Shown here: positions 17,424 through 26,166 of the stretch, piece by piece
How positions within the stretch are numbered: the first letter of the stretch is position 1
How the letters are laid out: each line of letters starts with the position of its first letter
NCBI GenBank assembly: GCA_034667725.1
Contig: JAXDQS010000003.1
Span: 416,001 to 480,000 of the forward strand
Direction: 5' to 3'
Origin: Thermoplasmata archaeon
GTDB lineage: Archaea; Thermoplasmatota; E2; JACPAO01; JAHFTW01
Length of the DNA stretch: 64,000 nucleotides
Notes under the pieces: generated by a model
What the model saw: only the letters and a program-made list of their open reading frames with translations
Database searches by the model: none
What the model was told of the DNA's origin: nothing
Made by a program: the position numbers and the translations under genes

Positions 17424-19451
17424 ATGGACGCGTCCCGCGCCTTCGCCTGCCTGCTGCTCGCGGCACTGCTGGCGCCCGCCCCCACCCAAGCCAGCCACGA
17501 TGGCGACCGCCTCGACTACGCGGGCACGCTCGACCTGCTGCGCACGTTCGGCCTGCGCTTCGGCGGCGACCCCGTCGAGAACCAGACCGTCAAGGCGGCC
17601 TCGCTCGACCTGGTGCCCATGGGCGACCTGGACGGCGACGGCGCCGACGACGTGGTGGCCAGCGTGTACCGCTACGGCGCGGACGTCGAGGTCCGGCGCA
17701 CCGTGCAGGCGCTGTCGGGCCGCGACCTGGCCACGGTGGTGTGGAACCTGCCCATCGCCGACGGCCAGTCCGCCAGCATGGTGGGCGACCTGGACGGCGA
17801 CGGCCTCGGCGACGTCATCAAGTCCGCCTCCCACGGCGAGGTCACCGCCTACCCGACCTCGGTCGGCTTCGCCACCGCCGGCCCGATGGCGTACGGCTTC
17901 GACTTCGACCGCGAGGTATTCTCCGGCAAGGGCCTGAAGCAGCTCCACAAGCAGGCCGACCACAACGCCCAGGACTCCACCGAGGCGTCCGCGTTCCCCC
18001 CGGCCGGCTACGTCGACGCAAGCCGCTCGACCTATGACGTCAACGGCCTCGTCCCCCTCGGCCAAGGCGGCTTCGGCACCCTCGGCTTCACCTACGACTC
18101 CACCGACACCTTCGCCTTCACGCCCGCGGGCTACAGCTGGGCCGGCTCGGAGCGCACCCACGCCTCCTACACCGGAAGCGGCGGCACCGTCGCGTTCGAG
18201 GGCGACCTGCAGGACGTCCAAGGCGTCGCGGCCGCCCAGCTGGACGGCGCCGGCGGCGACGACTTCGGCTTCCTGGTGGCCGAGGACGCCCTCGAGACGT
18301 ACAGCTACGGCATGGGGGCGCCGCCCCTGTCGCAGGCGCGCAGCCACCGCGTCGCCGCGGTCGGCGGCGTGGACGGCAAGCTGCTGTGGGAGCGCGTGTT
18401 CGAGACGGAGCCCGCCCCCGCCCTGCTGCGCGAGGCCGCCCTGCTGCCGCTCGGCGACCTCGACGGCGACGGCAACGACGAGCTGGAGTTCCTCCACTTT
18501 GCCAGCAGCGACGGCGCCAGCCTGGCGGGCGCCGTGCGCATCCTGTCCGGCAAGGACGGCGCCACCCTGCACGAAGTCGCCGTCTCGTCCGACGTCCTCA
18601 CGGTCGCGCTGCCCTACGGCGACCTGGAAGGCGACGGCAAGGACGAGGTCCTGGCGGCCGCCATCACGTTCAGCACCGGCGACGTCAAGGCCGGCCCCGC
18701 CAAAGGCGACCTGGTGCAAATCTGGAGCGTGCCCGTCACGGACCAAGGGCCCCTGACCCTCCACGGCGACGAGCACTCGGACTGGACCGGCGACGGCGCC
18801 CCGGACCTGGTGCTCCTGAGCGAGACCGGCGACGACGGCCGCGCCGTCAAGGTCGAGGCGCTCGACGGCCGCACCGGCAAGCCCGCCTGGGTGCTGGAGC
18901 GCGACGACGTCGAAAGCATCCGCGTGGTGGAGGACGTCAGCGGCGTCGGCGCCGTGGACCTGTTCGTCGGCTACGCCACCGACGCGGAGGACCTGACCAA
19001 CGCCACCGTCAGCTTCGAGCTCCTGGCCGGCGAGACCGGCGCCGTCGTCCTCGGCAGCACCTTGGTGCAGCCGGGCGGCGCCTACGACGAGATCGGCCTC
19101 CTCGCCCGCACCCTCGGCGACCTGGACGGCGAGGGCGGCCCCGAGTTCGGGGTCCGCGTCAGCCGCAGCGACGACGACATCGACGACGGCGCCCCCACGA
19201 TGGAGTGGCGCGTGTTCGCCGGCACCGCCGGCGCCGAGACCATCGTCGTCACGCCGCCGCCCGCGGCGTCCGGCACCGACGCCGTCCCCGCGCCCGTCCA
19301 AGTGTCGCGCGCGGCGCCGCCCGAGGTCCACGACGCCCCGCCGGCCAGCGCGACCGAGGAGCCCGCCAAGGGCTCGCCGCCCGCGAGCCTGGCGGCCGCG
19401 GTGGCCGTCCTGGCGGCCGTCGCCGTGCTGGCCGCGCGCCGCCGCGCCTGA
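17424..19451 (+). CDS. Secreted FG-GAP-repeat (GDLDGDG) beta-propeller with C-terminal membrane anchor
   Basis: Signal peptide; at least six GDLDGDGxDD/E-like motifs; Pro/Ala/Thr stalk; KGSPPASLAAAVAVLAAVAVLAARRRA anchor. Confidence 0.8.
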   Translation: MDASRAFACLLLAALLAPAPTQASHDGDRLDYAGTLDLLRTFGLRFGGDPVENQTVKAASLDLVPMGDLDGDGADDVVASVYRYGADVEVRRTVQALSGRDLATVVWNLPIADGQSASMVGDLDGDGLGDVIKSASHGEVTAYPTSVGFATAGPMAYGFDFDREVFSGKGLKQLHKQADHNAQDSTEASAFPPAGYVDASRSTYDVNGLVPLGQGGFGTLGFTYDSTDTFAFTPAGYSWAGSERTHASYTGSGGTVAFEGDLQDVQGVAAAQLDGAGGDDFGFLVAEDALETYSYGMGAPPLSQARSHRVAAVGGVDGKLLWERVFETEPAPALLREAALLPLGDLDGDGNDELEFLHFASSDGASLAGAVRILSGKDGATLHEVAVSSDVLTVALPYGDLEGDGKDEVLAAAITFSTGDVKAGPAKGDLVQIWSVPVTDQGPLTLHGDEHSDWTGDGAPDLVLLSETGDDGRAVKVEALDGRTGKPAWVLERDDVESIRVVEDVSGVGAVDLFVGYATDAEDLTNATVSFELLAGETGAVVLGSTLVQPGGAYDEIGLLARTLGDLDGEGGPEFGVRVSRSDDDIDDGAPTMEWRVFAGTAGAETIVVTPPPAASGTDAVPAPVQVSRAAPPEVHDAPPASATEEPAKGSPPASLAAAVAVLAAVAVLAARRRA

Positions 19452-19461
19452 GCCCCCTGCG

Positions 19462-20085
19462 CTAGGGGTGCTGGGTGCCGGCGACCATCTGGCGCACGGC
19501 GTCCTGCTCCATCTTCTTCTTCTGCGCCGCGGTGAGGTTGGCGGGCCAGCCGAGGCTCCAGGCGTGGCCGAAGGGGTCGCGCAGCTGCCCGTAGCGGTCG
19601 CCCCAGAACTGGTCCGCCAATGGCATGATGGGGCTGGCGCCGTTGTCCATGGCGCGCTTCCACACCTCGTCGAGGTCCTTGCGCTGGAGGTGCAGCGTCA
19701 CGCCCACCATCTTGTCCGGCACCGGCCCCGCGAACGGGTCGGCCAGCATCAGGGTCGAGTCGCCCAGCTGGAGGGTGGCGTGCATCAGCTTCCCGTTGGG
19801 CAGCGGCATCCGGGCCAGCTCCTTGGCGCCGAACACCGTGCCGTACCAGCGGATCGCCGCCTCGGCGCCGTCCACCACCAGGTGCGGCGTCACGGCATGG
19901 AACGGCGCCTTGCCGGAGCCGGGCGCGCCCGAGCCGTCGGCCTTGCGCCCGCCGGCCGCCGCCTTCTTGGGCGCGGCCTTGCGGACGACCGTCTTGGAAG
20001 GCTTGGAGCGCTTGGCGGCCGCCTTGCGGACGGTCTTCGAGGCCTTGGCGGGCTGGGGTTTCTTGGCGGGCTTGCGGGCGGCCAT
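19462..20085 (-). CDS. VOC/PhnB glyoxalase-family protein with N-terminal Lys/Ala-rich extension
   Basis: VTPHLVVDGAEAAIRWY, MHATLQLGDS and DQFWGDRYGQLRDPFGHAW motifs. Confidence 0.9.
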   Translation of the reverse strand: MAARKPAKKPQPAKASKTVRKAAAKRSKPSKTVVRKAAPKKAAAGGRKADGSGAPGSGKAPFHAVTPHLVVDGAEAAIRWYGTVFGAKELARMPLPNGKLMHATLQLGDSTLMLADPFAGPVPDKMVGVTLHLQRKDLDEVWKRAMDNGASPIMPLADQFWGDRYGQLRDPFGHAWSLGWPANLTAAQKKKMEQDAVRQMVAGTQHP

Positions 20086-20159
20086 CGCGGCGCCATCCGG
20101 CAGACCCTATTTCTTTCTGCGGGCAGCCATCTTTTTTTGGCGGCGCCGCTGCCGGCGGC

Positions 20160-20546
20160 ATGGACCCGGTCATCCACTTCGAGCTGCCTGCCGACGACGT
20201 GGCCCGCGCCCGCCGCTTCTACGAGGCCGCCTTCGGGTGGCGGATGGCCTCGCCGCCCGGCGGCGCCTACACCTTCATCACGACGACGCCGACGGACCCC
20301 AAGACCATGATGCCCCAGAAGCCCGGCGGCATCAACGGCGGCATGATGGCCCGCCCGCCCATGCTCAAGGGCCCGGCCATCATCGTCCAGGTGGACGACC
20401 TGGAGGCCGCGGTGGCGCGCATCGAGAAGGCCGGCGGCAAGAAGGTGTGGGGCCCGCAGGACGTCGGGCCCGGCCGCAGCGCCTACTTCGTCGACACCGA
20501 AGGCAGCGCCGTCGGGCTGTTCCAGCCGAAAGCGCCCCCCGGCTGA
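20160..20546 (+). CDS. VOC/glyoxalase family protein
   Basis: VIHFELPADDVARARRFY, GGINGGM and YFVDTEG motifs. Confidence 0.9.
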   Translation: MDPVIHFELPADDVARARRFYEAAFGWRMASPPGGAYTFITTTPTDPKTMMPQKPGGINGGMMARPPMLKGPAIIVQVDDLEAAVARIEKAGGKKVWGPQDVGPGRSAYFVDTEGSAVGLFQPKAPPG

Positions 20547-20550
20547 ACGC

Positions 20551-20718
20551 CTAGCGGTGGCGCCGGAAGGTCCCGAAGCCGCGGCCGCGGGTCGCCCGCG
20601 CCACGGAAGCCTCGGACCACATGTTCGGCCGCATCCGCTTCTCGGCCAGGCTCAAGTGGCTGGGACGGAGTGGCGACTTCTTGGCGTGGTGCCTGCGGCT
20701 GGAGTCGAAGGTGGCCAT
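20551..20718 (-). CDS. Small basic protein (55 aa), unknown function
   Basis: MATFDSSRRHHAKKSPLRPSHLSLAEKRMRPNMWSEASVARATRGRGFGTFRRHR. Almost all codons end in G/C, and it fills the gap between the VOC and boxB-like genes. Confidence 0.5.
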   Translation of the reverse strand: MATFDSSRRHHAKKSPLRPSHLSLAEKRMRPNMWSEASVARATRGRGFGTFRRHR

Positions 20719-20821
20719 GCTGAAGGTTCTCTTTGCGCCCCGAGATGGGGCTGGCGTTGTGGGACGCCTCCAGGAGGGGCCCGACCGCACCCCTCTTATC
20801 CGAGGAACCTTAGGGAACCTC

Positions 20822-21940
20822 ATGGCCCAGGCCGCAAGCGTCCCGACCACCTTCGACGACTGGGTCGCGCAGTTTGGCGACTGGCAGAAGAAGGTCGGCT
20901 TCGACACCGCCTGGCTGGGCGACTACCGCTTCGAGGCCAAGTACGACTTCGACAACGTGGCGCCCCACATCGAGTACGGCGACTACAAGGGCCGCCCGAA
21001 GTGGGAGCGTCCGCTGCAAATCCCGCACCAGAACATCCGCGACGCCCTGATGCACCTCATCACGGTCCAGGGCGACACCGAGTTCGCCTCCGTCGAGCAG
21101 CAGCGCCACCTCCTGGCCTCGGCGCCCACCGAGTACGACCGCAAGTCCGCGCTGCGCATCATGGCGGAGGAGCAGCGCCACGGCTGGCAGATGTGCCACC
21201 TCCTGATGACGCACTTCGGCCCCGAGGGCGCCCGCGAGGCCCAGAAGCTCTTGCAGCGCGACGCCAACGACGGCAACCGCCTGCTCGGCTCCTTCAACGA
21301 GCCCACCAAGAACTGGCTCGACTTCTTCGTGTTCACGATGTTCGTGGACCGCGACGGCAAGTACCAGCTCAAGATGCTCTCCACCAGCGCCTTCAAGCCG
21401 CTCGCGGCCTCGATGGGCCCGATGCTCAAGGAGGAGGCGTTCCACCTCGGCACCGGCAGCAACGGCCTGCGCCGCATCGTCAAGGCCGGCGTCATCCCCA
21501 TCCCCGTCCTGCAGCGCAGCTTCAACCGCTGGATCCCGACCGCCTACGACCTGTTCGGCAAGGACGGCAGCACCTCCAGCGAATGGGCCTACGTCTGGGG
21601 CCTCAAGGGCCGCTACGACGAGGCCGAGAACACCGCCCCCGTCGACAAGCGCATGCTCAACCGCGACGCCCGCGAGCTGTACCGCCAGGAGATCGCGCGC
21701 GAGGTCGAGATCATCAACAAGTCGGTGCCCGACGGCCAACCCAAGCTCTACGTGCCGGCGCCCAGCTTCCACCGCGCCATCGGCCCCGACGTCGGCGCCG
21801 AGGTCACCCCGGCCGGCGAGGCCTGGAAGGGCAAGGGCAGCTACGCCGACTACCTCGCCACCGTGCTCCCCACCAAGGAGGACGACGACGTGCTCGCCGA
21901 GTGCTTTAAGCGGGAATGGATCGCCTCCAAGGCGGCGTAG
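20822..21940 (+). CDS. BoxB-like ferritin-fold diiron aromatic-CoA epoxidase subunit (PaaA/BoxB family)
   Basis: QGDTEFASVEQQRHL, EEQRH, LGSFNE, DRDGKYQL and EEAFH match BoxB core motifs, including two ExxH diiron ligand sets. Confidence 0.8.
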   Translation: MAQAASVPTTFDDWVAQFGDWQKKVGFDTAWLGDYRFEAKYDFDNVAPHIEYGDYKGRPKWERPLQIPHQNIRDALMHLITVQGDTEFASVEQQRHLLASAPTEYDRKSALRIMAEEQRHGWQMCHLLMTHFGPEGAREAQKLLQRDANDGNRLLGSFNEPTKNWLDFFVFTMFVDRDGKYQLKMLSTSAFKPLAASMGPMLKEEAFHLGTGSNGLRRIVKAGVIPIPVLQRSFNRWIPTAYDLFGKDGSTSSEWAYVWGLKGRYDEAENTAPVDKRMLNRDARELYRQEIAREVEIINKSVPDGQPKLYVPAPSFHRAIGPDVGAEVTPAGEAWKGKGSYADYLATVLPTKEDDDVLAECFKREWIASKAA

Positions 21941-21947
21941 GCGCGGC

Positions 21948-22481
21948 ATGAGCCCGCTGCAAGCCTTCTTCGAGCAGGTCCCGGCCCTCTACCGCGCGGC
22001 CCAGGCGCCCGTCCACGACTCCTACCAACGGCTGCTCTACACCATCGAGCACCCGCTGGCGGAGCCCGTGACCGACGCCATCGAGCAGGCGTTCGGCCTG
22101 CCCCGCCCCAAGTGGGCCGGCCACCTGCGCCGCGACGCCATCGCGCTCCTGGACGCCCACCACTACCCGGCGACGGCGCCCATCTCGGACCTGCCGGCGG
22201 TCAGCGGCCTCGACCTGCGCACCCTCAGCCATTACCTGCACTTCTTCCACCATGCCTACCCCATCTACGACGAGGCCTCCTGCAAGGGCCTGGCCAGGCT
22301 CGGGTTCGAGGTGCCGTTCGTGCGAGAGCGCGATGCCGACGTGTACGGCGCCTACATCCAGGCCATCGAGACGCTGAAGGAGCGCATCCCGTTCTGGGAC
22401 GTGCCGGAGACCAACGTGTACCTCACGCGCATCGTGCAAGGGGCCTTGCAACAATTTGGGGCCACGACCAATCAACGCTGA
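21948..22481 (+). CDS. Hypothetical protein, possible HhH-like motif
   Basis: Strong coding bias, 7 bp after the boxB-like stop; SGLDLRTLSHYLHFFHHAYPIYD. Confidence 0.65.
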   Translation: MSPLQAFFEQVPALYRAAQAPVHDSYQRLLYTIEHPLAEPVTDAIEQAFGLPRPKWAGHLRRDAIALLDAHHYPATAPISDLPAVSGLDLRTLSHYLHFFHHAYPIYDEASCKGLARLGFEVPFVRERDADVYGAYIQAIETLKERIPFWDVPETNVYLTRIVQGALQQFGATTNQR

Positions 22482-22512
22482 GGTTTTCTGGGCACGCGGT
22501 TCTCCAGGGTGC

Positions 22513-22671
22513 ATGAGCGACAATCCATGGCCTGGCATCCATGCTCGACGCGAACGCGATGCTGCGCGCTCCGCGGCGGTGTCCGCCCGTGCAGAGGTCG
22601 ACCACCTGCGTGCAAGGATCGCCAGGTTGGAAGCACAAGTCAAGTCGCTTGGGGAAGAGCCGGTTTCCTAG
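22513..22671 (+). CDS. Small coiled-coil protein (52 aa)
   Basis: MSDNPWPG...AEVDHLRARIARLEAQVKSLG heptad pattern; abuts the stop of the convergent gene. Confidence 0.45.
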   Translation: MSDNPWPGIHARRERDAARSAAVSARAEVDHLRARIARLEAQVKSLGEEPVS

Positions 22672-23733
22672 CTACACCGGATGCCGCCGCGCCATCCCCT
22701 GCGCCGCCACCCGCCACGCCCGCGGCTTGGCCGGCGGCACCCGGACGCGGGCCGCCGCCACGACCTCGCGCAACAGCGCGGGGTCGAGGAGGGCCAGGTC
22801 GCGCACGCCGGTGACGCCGTGCTCCGCCAGCGCCCGCGCCGCGCGCAGGTCCATGCCGTGCACGAGCGCGAGCTTTGCGGCGGTGCGCAGCGTCGGCGTG
22901 TGCTTGCGCGGGATGCCGACGGCGCGCGCAAACCGCCCTAGGTTCACCTCGACGACGGTGTCGAGGACGCGCAGCCCGGCCGCCTCCAGCCGGGCGCGGT
23001 CGTCGCCGCGCGGCGCCACGTCCCAGCCGAGGAACATGGTGCTGGGCTGGCCACGGTGGCGCCAGGCGTTCCAGGCCGCGCCGGCCGCCACCAGGCCGAG
23101 GAACGCCAGCGGCAGCCACTTCGACCACGGGCCCGACGGCAGCAGCGCGCTCGCGAACGACAGGGCGACGGCCCAGAACAGCGACACCGCGACGCCAGCG
23201 GCCGTGAGCCAGACGGCCAGTTTCCGCAGCGGCAGGCCGGCCAAGAGGCCGAGGAGGCAGGCGGCGATGGCGCCGGAGCCGAACCCGGGCAGGAAGTAGA
23301 AGCCCGCGACGGCCCAGACGCCCCACTTTTGGACCCAGTGGCGCTTGGCCACCGCCTCGCGCTCGAGGGTCGAGATGGGCCGGTCGATCCAGTGGAACTG
23401 GCGCAGCCGGCGGAACGCGAACGCCAGCGCCACAAGGCTGACGAGCACCGTGGCGGCGTCTTGGCTGGCGTTGAGGAGCGCCACCAGCCAGAGCGGCAGC
23501 GGGTCGGCCTGCGCGTAGGCGGACAGCATCGCCGGCTCGCGGCCGATCGCGAGGGTCGTGCCGGCAAGTTGGAGCGCCTGCCCGCCGCGGCCGACGAGGA
23601 ACGCGAAGCCCAGGACGGAGGCCCAGGCCGCCAGCGCGACGCCGGCGGCGGCCATGGTCCAGCGCAGTTCCGTCGGAATCCTGCGCTTCCCGCGCAGGTC
23701 CCGGCGGACGGCGCGGGCCAGGTCCTTGTCCAT
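22672..23733 (-). CDS. Membrane protein (small multidrug export/DedA-like) with C-terminal HhH (DUF4332-like) domain
   Basis: ATG at 23733; multiple TM segments; VQKWGVWAVAGFYFLPGFGSG; LALVHGMDLRAARALAEHGVTGVRDLA. Confidence 0.65.
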   Translation of the reverse strand: MDKDLARAVRRDLRGKRRIPTELRWTMAAAGVALAAWASVLGFAFLVGRGGQALQLAGTTLAIGREPAMLSAYAQADPLPLWLVALLNASQDAATVLVSLVALAFAFRRLRQFHWIDRPISTLEREAVAKRHWVQKWGVWAVAGFYFLPGFGSGAIAACLLGLLAGLPLRKLAVWLTAAGVAVSLFWAVALSFASALLPSGPWSKWLPLAFLGLVAAGAAWNAWRHRGQPSTMFLGWDVAPRGDDRARLEAAGLRVLDTVVEVNLGRFARAVGIPRKHTPTLRTAAKLALVHGMDLRAARALAEHGVTGVRDLALLDPALLREVVAAARVRVPPAKPRAWRVAAQGMARRHPV

Positions 23734-23756
23734 GCGGAATTTTGGGCGTGGCGTCC

Positions 23757-25586
23757 TCAAGGCTCTGCCGGAGCCGGCACCACTTGGAGGCCCTGCCATT
23801 GCTGGAGCGACCAGCAGAACGGGTTGTCGGCGGGGTCGCGGACGAACGGGCGCGGGCCGAGGATGACCAACAGCTCCTGGGCACGGGTGAGGCTGACGTT
23901 GAGGCGGCGGTGGTCCTCGTGCGGCTTGGCCGGCTTGAGGGTGGTGAGGTCGAACAGGATGGCGCGGCGCTCGTTGCCCTGGAAGGCATCGACGGTGGCG
24001 GCGGTCATGCGCGCGAGCGGGGCGTCGCGGGCCTTGTCGTGCGCGAGCGCCTGGAACGCCTCGGCCTGGGCCCGGAACGGCGTGATGTAGCCCAGCTCGT
24101 CCGGACGGAAGCCCTGCTTGGCAAGCTCGGCGGCCATGCGCCAGGCGAGGCGGGCGTGCGTCGGGTTGGCGCGGCTGGTGCCGACCTGCTCGGCCTTGTT
24201 GCCGGGGACGGCGGTGGTGTCGAGCCAGACGACGGGCTGGGTGACGCGGTGGCCGGCGAGGGTGAGGCTGATGGGCTTGCCTGGGTTGGCGCTGCGGACC
24301 CGGCCGCCATAGACGGCGTCCTGGCTCCAGGCGTAGATGCGGGGATGGCAGCGGAACTGCTCGTCCAAGAGCACGGCGAGGTCGGGGCGCAGCATCTGCA
24401 GGAGCTCGAAGTGGCTGCGCTTCTGGTTCTCGTCGCGGGAGGCGCGCCGGCCGCGCACGATGGGCGGAAGCTGCAACGGGTCGCCGACCAGCACCAGGCG
24501 GCGGGCGACGAAGTGCGCCAGCGCGGTCTTGGGGAAGGCGTTCATGCCGGCCTCGTCCACGATGACGGTGTCGAACGGGCGCACCTCCTGGTTGTCCTGG
24601 TCGGCGGCCAGCACGGCGGAGGCGAGTGCGTCCAAGGTCATGCCGACGATGGGGTGCTTGTCCTGGAGGTTGGCGAACAGCGGCTTGGCGTCCTCCTCCT
24701 CGGGGTCCATGCGGAAGCTGCTGACCCGCTTGTTGAGGTGCGCCAGGTCGGCGCTGACGCGGCCCGCCTCGCCCAGCCGCACCGTCCGGTCGGCCAGCCG
24801 CGGCTCGGCCGCCAAGGCCTTCCGGAGGGCGTTGTCGATGGCGACGTGGGTGTGGCTCACGACGAGGACGGTGCGGTCGCGGCGCGCCTCCATCTTCAAC
24901 AACTGCGCGATCACCGTGGTCTTGCCGGTGCCGGGCGGGCCCTGCACCAGCAGGATGCCGCCTTCCGGCAGCGCGGCCGCCGCCGCCAGCGCCTTGGCCT
25001 GGCCCGGGCGGAGGCCTGGAGCATCGACCGCGCCGCCGCGCGCAAGCGGCGGCAGGGCGTCGGCGCGCTCCAGGTCGCCGTAGCCGGCGTGGCGGCGCTT
25101 GACCACCAGGAACGCCTTGAGGAGGTTGCGGTGGATGGTGGCGTTCGACTGGGGCGACAGCAGCACGGTGGCGCCGCGCCGCAGCGAGCCCCAGGCGCGG
25201 TCGTCGGCCAAGAGCTCGAGGTGGCCGCCCGCCTTCTGGAGGATTTCGACGGGCGTGGAGTCCTCGGCGCCGCCGTCCAGGAAGCCCTCGACCCGGCTGC
25301 CGGCCACGACCCAGCGCGGGTTGCCCTCGACGACCTGGACCCGCAGGTGCGCGCCGTCGCCCTCCTCGCGCGCCTCGTCCACCGCGGCCGTGAGGCGCTT
25401 CGCCTCGCCGTCCTCCTCCTCGGCCGCGATCTCCTCGCGCAACGCCTGGACGTGCTCCGCGAACCCGGGCACGCGGGCATCGACCAGCGGCTGGGTGTCC
25501 AAGGCGTGGCAGCCCGAGCAGGCCGTGACCAGGCTGGCGCCGAAGCGGACCGTCCGGGTCGCGCCCCCGCAGCACCGGCAAGCCAC
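23757..25586 (-). CDS. Superfamily 1 (Upf1/DNA2/NAM7-like) helicase with N-terminal CxxC..CxxC ribbon
   Basis: QGPPGTGKT, SHTHVAIDN, DEAG, VGDPLQLPP, QFRCHP, ITPFRAQ, TVDAFQGNE and RRLNVSLTRA motifs. Probable GTG start (MACRCCGG...CSGC). Confidence 0.9.
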   Translation of the reverse strand: MACRCCGGATRTVRFGASLVTACSGCHALDTQPLVDARVPGFAEHVQALREEIAAEEEDGEAKRLTAAVDEAREEGDGAHLRVQVVEGNPRWVVAGSRVEGFLDGGAEDSTPVEILQKAGGHLELLADDRAWGSLRRGATVLLSPQSNATIHRNLLKAFLVVKRRHAGYGDLERADALPPLARGGAVDAPGLRPGQAKALAAAAALPEGGILLVQGPPGTGKTTVIAQLLKMEARRDRTVLVVSHTHVAIDNALRKALAAEPRLADRTVRLGEAGRVSADLAHLNKRVSSFRMDPEEEDAKPLFANLQDKHPIVGMTLDALASAVLAADQDNQEVRPFDTVIVDEAGMNAFPKTALAHFVARRLVLVGDPLQLPPIVRGRRASRDENQKRSHFELLQMLRPDLAVLLDEQFRCHPRIYAWSQDAVYGGRVRSANPGKPISLTLAGHRVTQPVVWLDTTAVPGNKAEQVGTSRANPTHARLAWRMAAELAKQGFRPDELGYITPFRAQAEAFQALAHDKARDAPLARMTAATVDAFQGNERRAILFDLTTLKPAKPHEDHRRLNVSLTRAQELLVILGPRPFVRDPADNPFCWSLQQWQGLQVVPAPAEP

Positions 25587-25671
25587 GGGCGCGGCGAGAG
25601 GGCCGCCCCATTTGAGGACGGTTGCCGCGACACGCACCCTCAAGGGCAACCCCCTCCCACAAAGGGGGGCC

Positions 25672-25857
25672 ATGCCCCTCGGACGCACCAGCCCCCTCTG
25701 CCAGCGAACCGGTTGCAGCCATCCCCAGAACGGGCCGGCCGCCACCGGCCATTTCCACGGTTCCGGCCGTCGTCCCGGCCAAGGCCCCTGCAAGGCGCCC
25801 GCCTGCGAGTGCGCGGCGTTCCAGCCCGAGGCCGAATTGGCGCCCCTGGCCGCCTGA
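25672..25857 (+). CDS. Small Cys/His-rich putative zinc-binding protein 1 (61 aa)
   Basis: CQRTGCSHP..GHFHGSGR..GPCKAPACECAAF; paralog of the next gene. Confidence 0.7.
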   Translation: MPLGRTSPLCQRTGCSHPQNGPAATGHFHGSGRRPGQGPCKAPACECAAFQPEAELAPLAA

Positions 25858-25901
25858 CACCAAGCGTCGGCCTTTAGCATCCGCGCGGCTCCGATGGGGC
25901 C

Positions 25902-26132
25902 GTGCCAGGAAGATGCCAGCGGCCCGCCTGCGGCCACCCCAAGACCGGATACGGACGCGAAGGCCACTACATCGGCTCCGGCCGGAAGGGCAAGTGGGGC
26001 GAAGGCGCCTGCAAGGCCAAGGGCTGCGACTGCACGGCCTACGTCCAGCCGCCCGAGGAGGCCGCCAAGCCCCGGCTGGGCCTCCAGCCCGGCTGGACCG
26101 GCGCCCCCGAGGAAGGACCGCCCGTCCGGTAG
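25902..26132 (+). CDS. Small Cys/His-rich putative zinc-binding protein 2 (76 aa)
   Basis: CQRPACGHP..GHYIGSGR..GACKAKGCDCTAY. Confidence 0.7.
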   Translation: MPGRCQRPACGHPKTGYGREGHYIGSGRKGKWGEGACKAKGCDCTAYVQPPEEAAKPRLGLQPGWTGAPEEGPPVR

Positions 26133-26166
26133 GAACGCCCATCAAGGACCCCTCCGTCCCGGCGGC

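Noticed and set aside
23757-26132. Known anti-phage defence system
   Set aside because: No nuclease, methylase or other recognisable defence partner is adjacent to the helicase.
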